Virus record (IMG/VR): IMGVR_UViG_3300021378_000024
Coordinates: 1 to 60,879 of that record
DNA from: a virus
Lineage: Duplodnaviria > Caudoviricetes
DNA length: 60,879 nucleotides
Reading direction: 5' to 3' (one strand)
Part shown: in pieces, positions 30,648 through 40,683 of the stretch
How the letters are laid out: each line of letters opens with the position of its first letter
Position numbering within the stretch: position 1 is the first letter of the stretch
Translations under genes and position numbers: made by a program
The notes under the pieces: generated by a model
The model's input: the letters and a program-made list of their open reading frames with translations, nothing else
Told to the model about the DNA's origin: nothing
Databases searched by the model: none

Positions 30648-30866
30648 TCACGAGTCTGCAATGGCGGTGCCGGCGGCAGAAATCCAGTCCGTACCGTCCG
30701 AGACAGCGACCGTGGGGGCGCCGGCCAGTCCGTTAGACACGTAGATGAGAGTGCCGGTCAAACCTGCCGCGGAGGGGGCAGTAGCGACCGTATAGGTGGG
30801 GAGCTTGATATCGCCAACAAAGCCGTTTGTCGACGTTACGGGCCCGGAAAAGGTGGTCGAAGCCAT
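30648..30866 (-). CDS. Small virion (head decoration-like) protein
   Basis: MASTTFSGPV; follows the MCP. Confidence 0.6.
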   Translation of the reverse strand: MASTTFSGPVTSTNGFVGDIKLPTYTVATAPSAAGLTGTLIYVSNGLAGAPTVAVSDGTDWISAAGTAIADS

Positions 30867-30977
30867 CGCTTAAGTCCTTCTACACAAGGTTTCGCCGTGC
30901 AGTCTGTGTAGCGTCAGGTAGGCGTCCTGTCTGCATGGCTAGATGTTGCCTGCGGCAAAGATAGCATGGTGCCGGAC

Positions 30978-31007
30978 AAAAAGAAAGGCCCGCCGAAGCG
31001 GGCCTTC
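30978..31007 (-). terminator. Rho-independent terminator after the major capsid gene
   Basis: Minus strand: AAGGCCCGC-TTCG-GCGGGCCTT then TCTTTTT. Confidence 0.85.
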
Positions 31008-31028
31008 CGTCTGTGGAGCCTGCGCAGA

Positions 31029-31937
31029 TTAGGCGCCCGGGCTGCCGTACATGCCCAGCGGATCAGAGGTCCCGAAGCTGTAACGCTCGCGAGCCTTGTA
31101 TCTGACGTTTCCGCTGTCGAAATCGCCTTCCATGGCAGTCTGCATTGCCACGCGGACAAAGTGCTTCATACCATTTGGAACGTCCGTCTTGATGAACCAT
31201 GCATCATTATCAGTCAGATAATGGTTCACGCTGTAGCCTTCCGGGATTGCCCCCATGACGCGCAGTGCGTTGGTGTCATTGTCGGCGGTGCCGGTCCGCA
31301 GCTGGGTCTCCAGCAGGCGGGTGGCCACAAACATCAGTGCCGGAGGCACGATCAGCTTGCGAGGACGTGCGGCGATCAGCAGGCCACGCTCGTCGGTGTG
31401 TGCCGCGATGTCAATGACAGACTGCTCGAGAGAGGTCTCGTTTAGGTCAGCATCAACAGCAGGGCGGTTCGAGTTCACGTTACCCGAGACCGTGGGGTGC
31501 GCAGTGCTAAACAGAGTCACGCCGTCACCAGAGGTGAACGTAATGAAACCTGTGTTCAGCAGCGACGCCGCCTTGACCTGCTTGGTGTACGCCATGGCAC
31601 GTGCGAGCGCCTTGGTGTAGCGGGCCGACAGAGAGTCGTAGAGGTTGTCCTCCATCGCCTCCTCGGTGATGGAGAAGCCCATGGCCACCGTCTCGTGGTT
31701 GTAACGAGCGGTGAAGGCTTCCTGAGCAGTGTCGTACTGAATGCTTGCGCCTTCAGACTTCACAGGTGCCGCGCCGAAGCCCGACAGCTTGACTTCCTCC
31801 TCGAAGCTGCGCTCCGAGTTCTCAGTGTCGTAGATTTCCGCGTGCTCGTCTTCGTACTTGTCGTACTCAAGGCCGAACAGCGCGTTGAGACCCGGCAGGA
31901 GTTCCTTGAGGGCCTGTGCGCGTGAAATAGTAGCCAT
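31029..31937 (-). CDS. Major capsid protein
   Basis: ISRAQALKELLPGLNALFGLEY..RYKARERYSFG; downstream of the scaffold and followed by a terminator. Confidence 0.9.
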   Translation of the reverse strand: MATISRAQALKELLPGLNALFGLEYDKYEDEHAEIYDTENSERSFEEEVKLSGFGAAPVKSEGASIQYDTAQEAFTARYNHETVAMGFSITEEAMEDNLYDSLSARYTKALARAMAYTKQVKAASLLNTGFITFTSGDGVTLFSTAHPTVSGNVNSNRPAVDADLNETSLEQSVIDIAAHTDERGLLIAARPRKLIVPPALMFVATRLLETQLRTGTADNDTNALRVMGAIPEGYSVNHYLTDNDAWFIKTDVPNGMKHFVRVAMQTAMEGDFDSGNVRYKARERYSFGTSDPLGMYGSPGA

Positions 31938-31949
31938 TGCTAGCCCTCC

Positions 31950-32612
31950 TTATACACCAAGCGAGTTGTCGTAGGCGTGAACCCCGACGTTTAGCTTGAC
32001 AATGAACTCCGGATACGTGTCGGACTCGGTGCCCTTCACAATATCGACGATGCGAACGGCCAACGTGGCCGTCGCCGCGAGGCTTGCACCATCGGTGCCG
32101 ACCACGAGGTTCACGCCAGAGTTACCGGTCGAGGTGCTGCCTGCAGTACCAAAGCCCAGAGCGGCGTTTTTGCCGATGGCGCCCGGCCAGCCAGAGCCAG
32201 CAGTGCCCGAGTTGAACGTGCCCAGCGCAGCGGTGCCCTTGACTTGGAACAGAGCTGCAGGGTCGTCCATCACCTTGACCCACACTTCGGTGGCGCCGCC
32301 GGTGACGAGGTTGGCCGGCAGGAAGTGATTTTCCGTGGGCTGACCTTCAGCGTTTACGTAGCGAGCGCCAACGCAAACACCTACGATACCCGGAGTCGCA
32401 TCCGCGGACGTGGTCGGGATTTTGATAGCGACGGGGGTTGTGCCGACAGCCGCAGGCTGCCCGGCAGAGCTAAGAACGACGAGATCACCGTTGAAAATGG
32501 CGGCGGAGTTGTTGGCCGACACCTTATATTCACGGATGGTTCCGCCGCTGAACGGACGGCCGCCGATCGCTTGGATCGCGCGGAGGCCGTAGGGAGTGGC
32601 AACAGTGGCCAT
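31950..32612 (-). CDS. Capsid decoration / minor capsid protein
   Basis: PYGLR..IFNGDLV..DDP motifs; immediately upstream of MCP. Confidence 0.6.
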   Translation of the reverse strand: MATVATPYGLRAIQAIGGRPFSGGTIREYKVSANNSAAIFNGDLVVLSSAGQPAAVGTTPVAIKIPTTSADATPGIVGVCVGARYVNAEGQPTENHFLPANLVTGGATEVWVKVMDDPAALFQVKGTAALGTFNSGTAGSGWPGAIGKNAALGFGTAGSTSTGNSGVNLVVGTDGASLAATATLAVRIVDIVKGTESDTYPEFIVKLNVGVHAYDNSLGV

Positions 32613-32649
32613 GTCTCTCTCCTAAGAACGGGTTTCAGGGTAGCAAGGG

Positions 32650-33096
32650 TTACTTGCCGAAGTTGGTCTGGCGAGTGGACCGCTCAGGACGGAGAACAGG
32701 CATGCGAGGGTCGGATTCACGCAGATAGTTGTTGTCCACGGCTTCCATCTGGGCTTGCGCCTCTTGGAGCTGACCTTGGATACGGTCATCTGCTACGTCC
32801 TCGGGGATACTGCACAGCAGCAAGCCCCCAACCTCGATGTTCCCCTTGAAGCGAGAACCCACATCGGAAAGAACTTTGAGCTCAGGAAACTCCTCGGCCT
32901 TGACCGGAACATACCCCTCGCGGAACCGCCGGGAGACGTTCATGTTATCCAAATTGCCCAGAGATGAGGTGCGAACCCAACGGAACTTGAGTCCATTGCG
33001 GGGTTCGGGGGCGGGGATAACGGATTGACGTTTCCACGTGGACTTGCGTTGCGCTGCCTCGCGCGTCGTTTGGGTGCGTGGAGTCCGATCAACCAT
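32650..33096 (-). CDS. Conserved head-module hypothetical protein
   Basis: FRWVR..REGY..VGGLLLC motifs. Confidence 0.7.
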   Translation of the reverse strand: MVDRTPRTQTTREAAQRKSTWKRQSVIPAPEPRNGLKFRWVRTSSLGNLDNMNVSRRFREGYVPVKAEEFPELKVLSDVGSRFKGNIEVGGLLLCSIPEDVADDRIQGQLQEAQAQMEAVDNNYLRESDPRMPVLRPERSTRQTNFGK

Positions 33097-34015
33097 TGGT
33101 CTTTTCCTTCATGAGCTGCGCCGCGTATTGTTCGGGGGTCAGTCCAAGGCGCTTGGCGAGAGCCACCGCGGACTGGGTGAGGACAACCTTGCGTGGCGAT
33201 TTCGACGAACGTGCCGCCGAGGCTACCACGGAGCCAGTCTGACGTGCCTGTGTCTTCACCTCTTGGTCAGGCTCGTCAAACTTATTTGGAAACACACGCC
33301 GCATGGCTGTGTCTATCTCGTTATAGTACGTTTCACTGTTTGGATCAACGCCGCTCTTTACGAGCCGTTCATGCACGCCAAACGCGTAGCCCGTCATCTC
33401 TTCGTCTTTCTGGAACCACGTGTTCTTTTGTGCCCAGTCCAGCGCACGCTGAGGTGGCCGCGGAACCTGCTGGGAGGTAGCAGGGGCAGTCGCCTGCGGC
33501 GCTGGACTGGACGCCGGTGCAGGCTGGGGCTTGTAGCTGGCCAGCCTGTACATCTCGTTTTGGAGCTCGGTGAGCTTTGTTTGGGCATCGAGCATGGCAT
33601 CGGCGTCGCCGGCCTCGTATGCCTGCTTGAACTTGGCCTTGGCGCTCTCCAGCTGCGTCTCGACCCGGGCCTTGGCCTGTGTGACCACGGCCCCCTGACC
33701 TTCGCTCAGGCGTTTGCGCAGGTCTTCGGCCTCGCGTTTCTGCGCCTGAGCGAACCGGATAGCCTCCTCACGGATGCGCTCTGCCTCTTCCTTGGCCCGG
33801 CGCTCCTCGTGGAACTCGTACTTGAGCTTGCTGATGCGCTTCTTTACGCCCTCGCTATAGCCCTCCAGCTCATCTTCGTTTGGGACGTCAGGCTCCGCGC
33901 CTTCAGGGCGCCGCGGCTTGCCGCGGTCCTCGGGTGGCGTATCGTCTTCGACCTCGATCTCGAACTTATCGTCGTCGACCTCGACTTCAAACTCGTCGTT
34001 TTGTGCTTTGTTCAT
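33089..34015 (-). CDS. Scaffolding protein
   Basis: Acidic N-term, coiled coil, C-term AKRLGLTPEQYA; synteny. Confidence 0.7.
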   Translation of the reverse strand: MNKAQNDEFEVEVDDDKFEIEVEDDTPPEDRGKPRRPEGAEPDVPNEDELEGYSEGVKKRISKLKYEFHEERRAKEEAERIREEAIRFAQAQKREAEDLRKRLSEGQGAVVTQAKARVETQLESAKAKFKQAYEAGDADAMLDAQTKLTELQNEMYRLASYKPQPAPASSPAPQATAPATSQQVPRPPQRALDWAQKNTWFQKDEEMTGYAFGVHERLVKSGVDPNSETYYNEIDTAMRRVFPNKFDEPDQEVKTQARQTGSVVASAARSSKSPRKVVLTQSAVALAKRLGLTPEQYAAQLMKEKTNG

Positions 34016-34380
34016 GCCCGGCTATACCCTCTCGGGTCCTCCACTACTGCTTCGACGGTGTCGTCATTGATGATGCGGAACTCTTTGCCCATGACCTTGA
34101 ACCGAGTGCCCGAGTACGACCTGAAGACCACGAAGTCGCCCTCCTTGCACCACGCGCCGTCGGGGAACCGTTCCGGGTCAGAGTAGGCAGTGGTGCCCAC
34201 CTTTATGACGTACCCGATGATCGACGCGGTCTCTTCCGCGGATTTCAGGTTCTCTGGCATGAATACGCCGCCGTCTGTCTTCTCGCTGACCTCCGGAACG
34301 GCGATCAGGAGCTTGTACCCGACAGGCTCCGGTAGTTTGGCTTTGAGGACCTCGTCCTCAACCTTGTTCGCTGTGTACAT
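34012..34380 (-). CDS. groES: GroES-like co-chaperonin
   Basis: PVGYKLL..EKTDGGVF..KVG..KEGDFV..YSGT..IINDDTVEAVV matches the Cpn10 pattern. Confidence 0.85.
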   Translation of the reverse strand: MYTANKVEDEVLKAKLPEPVGYKLLIAVPEVSEKTDGGVFMPENLKSAEETASIIGYVIKVGTTAYSDPERFPDGAWCKEGDFVVFRSYSGTRFKVMGKEFRIINDDTVEAVVEDPRGYSRA

Positions 34381-34446
34381 CTATACCTCTGCAGTGATGT
34401 GCGGCCCACCGATGCCGTGCGCGGACTATCCGCGATGTCGAGCAGC

Positions 34447-34638
34447 TTACTGATCCATAAACCGCTTTTCCAGCTCCTTTATGTCTTCCTCGACCGTAAG
34501 ATACGCTTCGTGTTGCGCCGCCGCCCGTGCGTATGCCACATAATCTGGGGCCCCGCCCTGCACCATGTAAGACGCTAGGTCCTCGCGACGCTCGGCAATA
34601 CGGCGGTACAGGACGCCAAAGACTGACTCTTCCATCAC
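34447..34638 (-). CDS. Hypothetical protein
   Basis: 63-aa ORF coupled to the portal stop. Confidence 0.65.
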   Translation of the reverse strand: MMEESVFGVLYRRIAERREDLASYMVQGGAPDYVAYARAAAQHEAYLTVEEDIKELEKRFMDQ

Positions 34639-37148
34639 TCACCCTGCCTGTTGTCTGTGCGTGTGGTCAGCCCCTGCACCGCGGCCTTGCTGAGTTCGGT
34701 GCCGGCCTTGATGGCCTCGCGGGTCTCTGCACTGTTGTTTGCCGCGATCTGTGTGGCGAGGCGCACGCCCACGCGGGCCCCTTCGCGCTCATCTTCCGAG
34801 GCGATGCGCTCGCGATCGACCTCGATCCGAGCGGTCTTGTCCGCCATGTCGATCTCGAGCTTGGCTTTGTCGAGCATCTTCTGGTGCTCCAGCTCCGCCT
34901 CCTTGAGCGCTTGTGCCCGCTCCTTGATCTCCAGCTCCTTCAGCTGAATCTGCGTCAGCGGGTTCTGCATCTCCTGCTGGGCTTGCTGCTGCGCCGCCTC
35001 GGCCTGATTGCGCTGTAGGAGTTTTCCGGCGGCCATGGCCGTCGCCTGCGACAGCTGCACCTCGATGTCCTCTGGCAGGGGCTCATTCTCCGGCGGCAGC
35101 GGCACGCCGAGCTGCTTCTCCAGCTCCTTGCGGTACTGGAACGCAACGTGCTCCGTGATGTGGGCTGCCATGGCGTTCTGGATAGCCGCGGCAAACGGTG
35201 ACTGGCCGACGATCTGCTGCAGTTTCGGGTCCTGCGCCGCCGCCATATGGACGGCAATGTGTGCATCGTGGTCCTGATACAGGAACGCTTTGATCGGCTC
35301 CTGCTTGAGCATCGCCATGTTCTCGCTGACGGGGTCTTTCGGCCCTATGTCGTCGGGGAGCTTGATGATCTCGTCCGCATCTTGGATGCCCATCACCTCC
35401 AGCATCTGCCGGTGGAGCTTGCCCATGTCGTATAGCTGGGGCGCCTGTTGAGCGAGCTGCAGGGCCGCCTGATACTGCACGATGCGCTGGGCCATGGTGG
35501 CCGCGTTGGGGTCCGACACCGGGATGACGTCGACCTTGGAGACGTCAAAATCATCCGTCCGGCTGAACTCCCCGCCCACCTCGTACTGATATTCCCCCGG
35601 CATGAAGTCGTGCACCACCCGGGCAAGGATGCGGAGCTCCTTGTGCATCGCGGCGTGCATGCGGGCTTGGACGCCCGACATGACCTTCATCGACCGCTCC
35701 ATCAGCGCCAGAGTGGTGCCCACGGGCGCGTTTGCGCTCATGTCGCCCACCTGAATGTCAGCCACGGAGCCGATGCGCCGACCCTCCTCGACGATATTTC
35801 CGAGCAGCTGGTAGAGCACGCTCGACGGCTCTTTGAACGGCAGGGGGAAGATATTGTCCCGGATCGTCCCGCCCGGGATGTCCACATCCCGGAACTCGCC
35901 CGGCGTGAGCGGGCCATTGTCGCCCTTGATACGCATCCCGCGAGCCTTGAGACCGGCTGGCAGGTTAGACAGCGTCCCGGCGTCCACCAGCTGACGCATG
36001 ATGGAGGTGGCCGACTTGGCCAGACCGCCGATCAGGTGGATGAGCCCCGTGCCGTAGAACCCGAGGCCCGGCAGGTAGGGGTAGTGCACGAAGTGCATGC
36101 GCTTGCGTTTCTTCGGGTCGTCATCGTACCAATTGCGGCGGATGGCCAAGATCGTGCGCGACGTGAGGTCGATTGTCACCACGTATGGCCGTGCGATGCC
36201 GTCTGCGTCTTCGAACGGCTCCGGCAGGTCGATGTCCACGTGCATCTCGATAAGCGTATGGCGGTCGTCGTCGGACAGCGCCACGTCGTTGCCTTCCAGC
36301 TCGTCGTACTTCTCCTGAATGTCACTGCGCTCGGCGGCTGGGGCTGGCAGCTCGACGTCTCGGTAGAAGCCAGACACCTGCAGTTTGCGGACCTCATTTG
36401 GGTCCTTCTTCATAACATGGCTATAGCGCGGGCAGGCCTCGATGCTCGACGCCCCGTAGGCGATGACGAAGTCCTCGGCCGGCACGAATACTGCGACCGG
36501 GCGCTCCATGAGCGGGTCATAGTAGATCTTCTTAAACGCAGAGCCCGCCAGCGGCAGCCGGAACGTCATCTGCTCCATTTCGTCGCGATACTCGACCATC
36601 TCCTCGGTGATGAGGTAGTTGAGCTCGCTCTTGACCCGCACAGACTGCTCGAACTTCTCGCGCGTCATCTTGCCGATGCTCTTCGTGTTGACCGGCCCGG
36701 CGGCTGGCAGCAGCTCGCTCATGGCCTGCGCTTGGAATCTCACCACGCTCTCGGCCAGCATCGGGTGGAACACCCCGGACGCCCCTTGCCACGGCTCTGC
36801 GCGGTCCTCGATCTTCATGCCCAGCAGGTCGAGGCCTTTTATATAAGTCTGCGCCCACTCCTTGCGGCTGCCGCGGTCCGTCATGAATGCGTCCACGAGG
36901 TCGGCAGCCAACGACTCCAGCTCGCCATCTTCGAGAATTTCGGCGAAATTCGTGTCGTGCTCGATATCGAGCGTTTCGACATCGTCGTCATTGGACAAGT
37001 TGTCGCCGAACTCGATGATGACTTCACCGTCCTCCGTGGCCATTGTGGTCACGTCGTCCATGTCCGGCATCTCGATTTCGAGCTCCATAAGGTCAGGATT
37101 CTCGCCAACGGCGAAATCTGACGGGGTCATGGTCTTGGTTACAGCCAT
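34635..37148 (-). CDS. Portal protein
   Basis: 837 aa after TerL; GSAFKK, GFYGTGLIH and KEPS motifs; coiled-coil C-term barrel. Confidence 0.85.
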   Translation of the reverse strand: MAVTKTMTPSDFAVGENPDLMELEIEMPDMDDVTTMATEDGEVIIEFGDNLSNDDDVETLDIEHDTNFAEILEDGELESLAADLVDAFMTDRGSRKEWAQTYIKGLDLLGMKIEDRAEPWQGASGVFHPMLAESVVRFQAQAMSELLPAAGPVNTKSIGKMTREKFEQSVRVKSELNYLITEEMVEYRDEMEQMTFRLPLAGSAFKKIYYDPLMERPVAVFVPAEDFVIAYGASSIEACPRYSHVMKKDPNEVRKLQVSGFYRDVELPAPAAERSDIQEKYDELEGNDVALSDDDRHTLIEMHVDIDLPEPFEDADGIARPYVVTIDLTSRTILAIRRNWYDDDPKKRKRMHFVHYPYLPGLGFYGTGLIHLIGGLAKSATSIMRQLVDAGTLSNLPAGLKARGMRIKGDNGPLTPGEFRDVDIPGGTIRDNIFPLPFKEPSSVLYQLLGNIVEEGRRIGSVADIQVGDMSANAPVGTTLALMERSMKVMSGVQARMHAAMHKELRILARVVHDFMPGEYQYEVGGEFSRTDDFDVSKVDVIPVSDPNAATMAQRIVQYQAALQLAQQAPQLYDMGKLHRQMLEVMGIQDADEIIKLPDDIGPKDPVSENMAMLKQEPIKAFLYQDHDAHIAVHMAAAQDPKLQQIVGQSPFAAAIQNAMAAHITEHVAFQYRKELEKQLGVPLPPENEPLPEDIEVQLSQATAMAAGKLLQRNQAEAAQQQAQQEMQNPLTQIQLKELEIKERAQALKEAELEHQKMLDKAKLEIDMADKTARIEVDRERIASEDEREGARVGVRLATQIAANNSAETREAIKAGTELSKAAVQGLTTRTDNRQGE

Positions 37149-37197
37149 TTCTGGGCCTCCTGTGCCGCGGTGGCGGCACTATAGCAGCGGTCAGGTG

Positions 37198-38745
37198 TCA
37201 ATAATAGCCCTCGCGCGGCGGGGCGTAGTCTGCGGAGTCATCTATCTCATCTGTGGGCAGCGCAAGGAAGCCGCCTTGGCGAAACCGCAGCAAGGCCTGC
37301 ACCGTCGAGTCGACGTGGTCGTCGTGGGGCCCGAACGGGAACGCAGCGATCTCCTCCACAACCTCTTCCGCCCAGCGCCGGTCCGGCACCCAGACAAGAC
37401 CAGAGGCGATTATGTCCGCCACGCTGTTGAGGCGGGCCATCTTGTCGCCCGTGCCCCGGTGGGGCGTATACTCCTGCACGGGGAGGCCCGTGCGTCGCAG
37501 TTCTTGGTACAGCGCCACGCCGGCAGACTTCTTCTCCACGATAAACCCGTCGGGCTCCCACCGGGCGTATTCCTCCAGCGCCATGCGCTTTAGCTCCGGG
37601 AACTCGAACCGATCCTTGACGGCATGCAGGAGGATCAGGTTGTGCGTGTCGTCCTCCTCGTTGAGGAACACCCCCCACACAGTGAGGGACGTGTAGTCCG
37701 CACGGTTGTGCGTTTCTGCGGCGGCGTCCAGTGACATAAGTATATAGTCGCACGGTGGGGGTTGGTCCCGCTCCCACTGACGCCACCATTCCCGCTTCAC
37801 GATCGCCGCTTCCTCAGCCGTGGGCTGCTGCTGGTACTGCGCATTCCACTGGAACACGGGCATGCTGGCCTTGGTGCGCAGCAGGGCGGGCACATCGAAG
37901 AACTCCGGCCACAGCGCCTTCTGTATGGGCTCCCCGGTGTCCGGGTCGTTTGCGTCGAGGAGAGCCGGGAACTCGAAGACCTCGTACTGGTCCGCACCCT
38001 CGTTCTTGGCCATGTCGCCGACCACGCGGCCGATCAGGTCCTGTGGTGCCCACCGGGTGTGCACGATCGCCACGGCCCCGTAGGGCATAAGGCGGGTCCG
38101 GGCGCCGAAGGTGAACCACTCGTAGGCTTTGTCAAACACGCCATAGTTGCCGTTCAGGATGTCCTGCTCGGAGTGCGGGTCGTCCACCAGCAGCAGGTGG
38201 GCACCACGGCCGGCCAAGGCCGAGCCCACACCCGCGGCGAAGAACTCTCCCCCTTGGTTTGTGTTCCACCGCCCGGCACTCTTGCTGTCGCTGGCCAGCT
38301 GCACGCCCGGGAAAACCTCTTGGTACGCAGTGGTGGAGATCAAGTTCCTGATTTTACGGCCAAAATCCACGGCGAGGTCCGTGGTGTGCGACACCAACAT
38401 CACCTTGTGGGACGGGTTCCTGCCCATATACCACGCAGCGTAGTAGATCGACACGAGCTGGGACTTGCCGTGCCGCGGCGGCACCGACACGCAAATGCGG
38501 TCTTTGCGCCGGGCCTCAATATCCTCGAGCAGGGCGGCCAGCCGCTTGTGGTGGGCACCGACCTTGTAATCCCCCTGTATATGGCAGCAGAAGGCGATGA
38601 GATCGTCACGTAGGGTTTGCACCCTCTGGCGCTCCGCCAGATCGCTGACGATTCCTTCGAGCTCCGTGAGCTCCTCCTCGTCAAGCTGGTCAATGTTCGA
38701 CAGGAGCAGGTTGATGTCCTCCGCCGAGAACCCAGAGTCAAGCAT
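37198..38745 (-). CDS. terL: Terminase large subunit
   Basis: PPRHGKS Walker A, LLVDDPH Walker B, TRW and FPFGPHDDHVDS nuclease motifs. Confidence 0.95.
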   Translation of the reverse strand: MLDSGFSAEDINLLLSNIDQLDEEELTELEGIVSDLAERQRVQTLRDDLIAFCCHIQGDYKVGAHHKRLAALLEDIEARRKDRICVSVPPRHGKSQLVSIYYAAWYMGRNPSHKVMLVSHTTDLAVDFGRKIRNLISTTAYQEVFPGVQLASDSKSAGRWNTNQGGEFFAAGVGSALAGRGAHLLLVDDPHSEQDILNGNYGVFDKAYEWFTFGARTRLMPYGAVAIVHTRWAPQDLIGRVVGDMAKNEGADQYEVFEFPALLDANDPDTGEPIQKALWPEFFDVPALLRTKASMPVFQWNAQYQQQPTAEEAAIVKREWWRQWERDQPPPCDYILMSLDAAAETHNRADYTSLTVWGVFLNEEDDTHNLILLHAVKDRFEFPELKRMALEEYARWEPDGFIVEKKSAGVALYQELRRTGLPVQEYTPHRGTGDKMARLNSVADIIASGLVWVPDRRWAEEVVEEIAAFPFGPHDDHVDSTVQALLRFRQGGFLALPTDEIDDSADYAPPREGYY

Positions 38746-39313
38746 CAGAAGACTCAGCGTCAATAATGTCGTCCCCCGCAGGGGGTGGTGTCACATCACG
38801 GAGCCGTGATAGCTTCTCGCGCAGCTTGGCACGCAGGTCGTCTGTGGTCTGGTGTGTTACCGTGACCTCGCTGCGCTCCGTGAAGAGCCCCACGTCCGTT
38901 ATTTTGCCCAAGAGTTCTAACGCTCTGATCCTGATGCGCGGGTCCGGGTTGTCCGTCTCCTGCACCAGCTTGTTCATCACCAAATGGCGCACCTGAACGG
39001 CGTCCTTTACGATCTCGTGGCCGAAATCGCTGAGAATCTCCGCCGTGAGCAGCACCGCGGCCGGTGGCATGGCGCCGAGACGGGCGGGCGTGGCCGCCGC
39101 CGACGCCAATAATGGGTCCGTTGCGTAAGCAGTGGCCAGCGAAGCGGCCATTCTCTTATCTTCGGGGGTGGGGTCTAGCTCCAACCCATGCTCCGCCAGC
39201 AGGCGTGCGGCGTTCGCAGCAGCCTTTGCATTGCGGATGAGGTCCTCGTGGCCCGCAAGATCGTCTTTGGCGGGCACTGGGACGCCGGAATCTATGTCTA
39301 GGTGCAGTGCCAT
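38738..39313 (-). CDS. terS: Terminase small subunit (putative)
   Basis: Upstream of TerL; RALELLGK..VGLF motif. Confidence 0.65.
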   Translation of the reverse strand: MALHLDIDSGVPVPAKDDLAGHEDLIRNAKAAANAARLLAEHGLELDPTPEDKRMAASLATAYATDPLLASAAATPARLGAMPPAAVLLTAEILSDFGHEIVKDAVQVRHLVMNKLVQETDNPDPRIRIRALELLGKITDVGLFTERSEVTVTHQTTDDLRAKLREKLSRLRDVTPPPAGDDIIDAESSDA

Positions 39314-39697
39314 AGCTACATGGTAACATGCAGTGCAGTGGCGCGCAATATACTACCCATATAGGCAGTTCTGGGTCCCATATGCCCTATTTTGCATATT
39401 TGAGGGGGTGGGGGGACCCCCCGGGGGGTCTTTTTATCGAAGGGGGTGGGGCTATGCCCGACCGAAATAGTCGGAAATGTGGCGTTGTTTGGCTGGGTTA
39501 ATATGTATACAGAGCGCGGGGCCGCCGGTCGTCTGCGGGGGTACCCCTCCGGTGGGGTCTGGCCAGACTGGGTTTCGTTATGCGTGGCGCATAATCGCGC
39601 GCCAATATGCGGCCATGCGCTGACAGACACGTTTGACCGTGATATAAGTGTCTTATCGAATCAGCAATAACGCTGACGATGTAACCGGAGCACTATC

Positions 39698-40219
39698 ATG
39701 ACTAACTCAATCGCTAATAACCCCGCAATCGCTGACGCAATCATTGCCACCGGCAAGGCTGAGGGCGGCGCCACCAAGGCCCACGCCGCTTTCTATGACA
39801 CGTGCGAGACATTGCACGGCCTCAATGTTATGGCCGACGACCTCAAGAGCGGCGGCCGTTACTATCAAATGGCATATGACCTGCTAGCAGAGTCGCGTTT
39901 GAACAAGACTGAGCTGGACACGTTGCGCGCTGAAGGCCCGATGAAGGCTGGCACGCCTAAGCACAAGATCGGCAACAAGATCGGCGCCGTTATGCGTAAC
40001 ATACGCAACAACCTGCGCAAGATCGAGGGAGCCGTCGCGGGCAAGCCAAAAGGCGAACCGGCCGGTTTCGTGGATCTTTGCATGAAGGACCTACAGGCGT
40101 CCTATGCTAGGGCCATGAAGGACCGGACAGGCGAACCGGCCGCAATCGACCATGCCGCCTTCATGGCGCACATCCAAGCCGCTGCCGACGTTCTGGGCAA
40201 GGCGCTTAAGGACAAGTAA
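39698..40219 (+). CDS. Hypothetical early protein
   Basis: 173 aa; GGAG SD; own terminator. Confidence 0.75.
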   Translation: MTNSIANNPAIADAIIATGKAEGGATKAHAAFYDTCETLHGLNVMADDLKSGGRYYQMAYDLLAESRLNKTELDTLRAEGPMKAGTPKHKIGNKIGAVMRNIRNNLRKIEGAVAGKPKGEPAGFVDLCMKDLQASYARAMKDRTGEPAAIDHAAFMAHIQAAADVLGKALKDK

Positions 40220-40226
40220 CGACACT

Positions 40227-40257
40227 GGGCGGCACCTTCGGGTGCCGCCCTTTTTTT
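40227..40257 (+). terminator. Rho-independent terminator
   Basis: GGGCGGCACC-TTCG-GGTGCCGCCC + T7. Confidence 0.9.
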
Positions 40258-40321
40258 GTGCCTTGGCGCGTCGCACCAGTTCCCCAGCATCAGGCACAGC
40301 GTGCGGCACGGGGCCGGTCTG

Positions 40322-40683
40322 ACCAGTTCCATCCACAGCATGAGGCACGTCGCACGGCCCGAAATCGGCCACAACCACAGCGCGAATCGCGTCTGGCGGC
40401 GTTATGCGCGGCGCATAACGAAAAAATTCCGGAAAAAATGTCGCCGCAAAACTAAGCTCCCTGCGCTTGCTAACGCTGCTTTGCTGCGTAGCGACGCTTA
40501 GGAGCTTACCAAGATTTTCAAATCTGTCAACCCCCCAAACCGCAAAATCTCACCAGTTCCATCCACAGCATGAGGCACGTTGACTGTTATGCGCCGCGCA
40601 TAACGACGGGAACATCCTAACCCATTGTATCTACGTAATGTTCTCAGATCCATGACCAGTTCCAGCCACAGCGTGAGGCCCGT
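40322..40683 (+). repeat. 29-bp direct repeats ACCAGTTCCATCCACAGCATGAGGCACGT
   Basis: Exact at 40322-40350 and 40552-40580; 26/29 at 40655-40683; partial at 40275. Confidence 0.9.
40503..40530 (-). promoter_or_regulatory. Possible leftward sigma70 promoter
   Basis: Minus strand TTGACA-N16-TAAGCT. Confidence 0.4.

Noticed and set aside
30885-30920. Hammerhead or HDV-like ribozyme (CUGA...GAAAC on the minus strand)
   Set aside because: The core reads CUGACGC rather than CUGANGA, and there is no HDV P3/L3; kept only as a generic pseudoknot candidate
35448-37121. 557-aa plus-strand ORF and other long antisense ORFs
   Set aside because: Shadow ORFs opposite well-supported genes (here the portal), as expected in high-GC DNA
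40275-40683. 29-bp repeats as a CRISPR mini-array
   Set aside because: Spacing is irregular (230 and 103 bp), the repeat has no internal palindrome, and there is no cas operon; the Cas4-like gene is an ordinary replication-module nuclease
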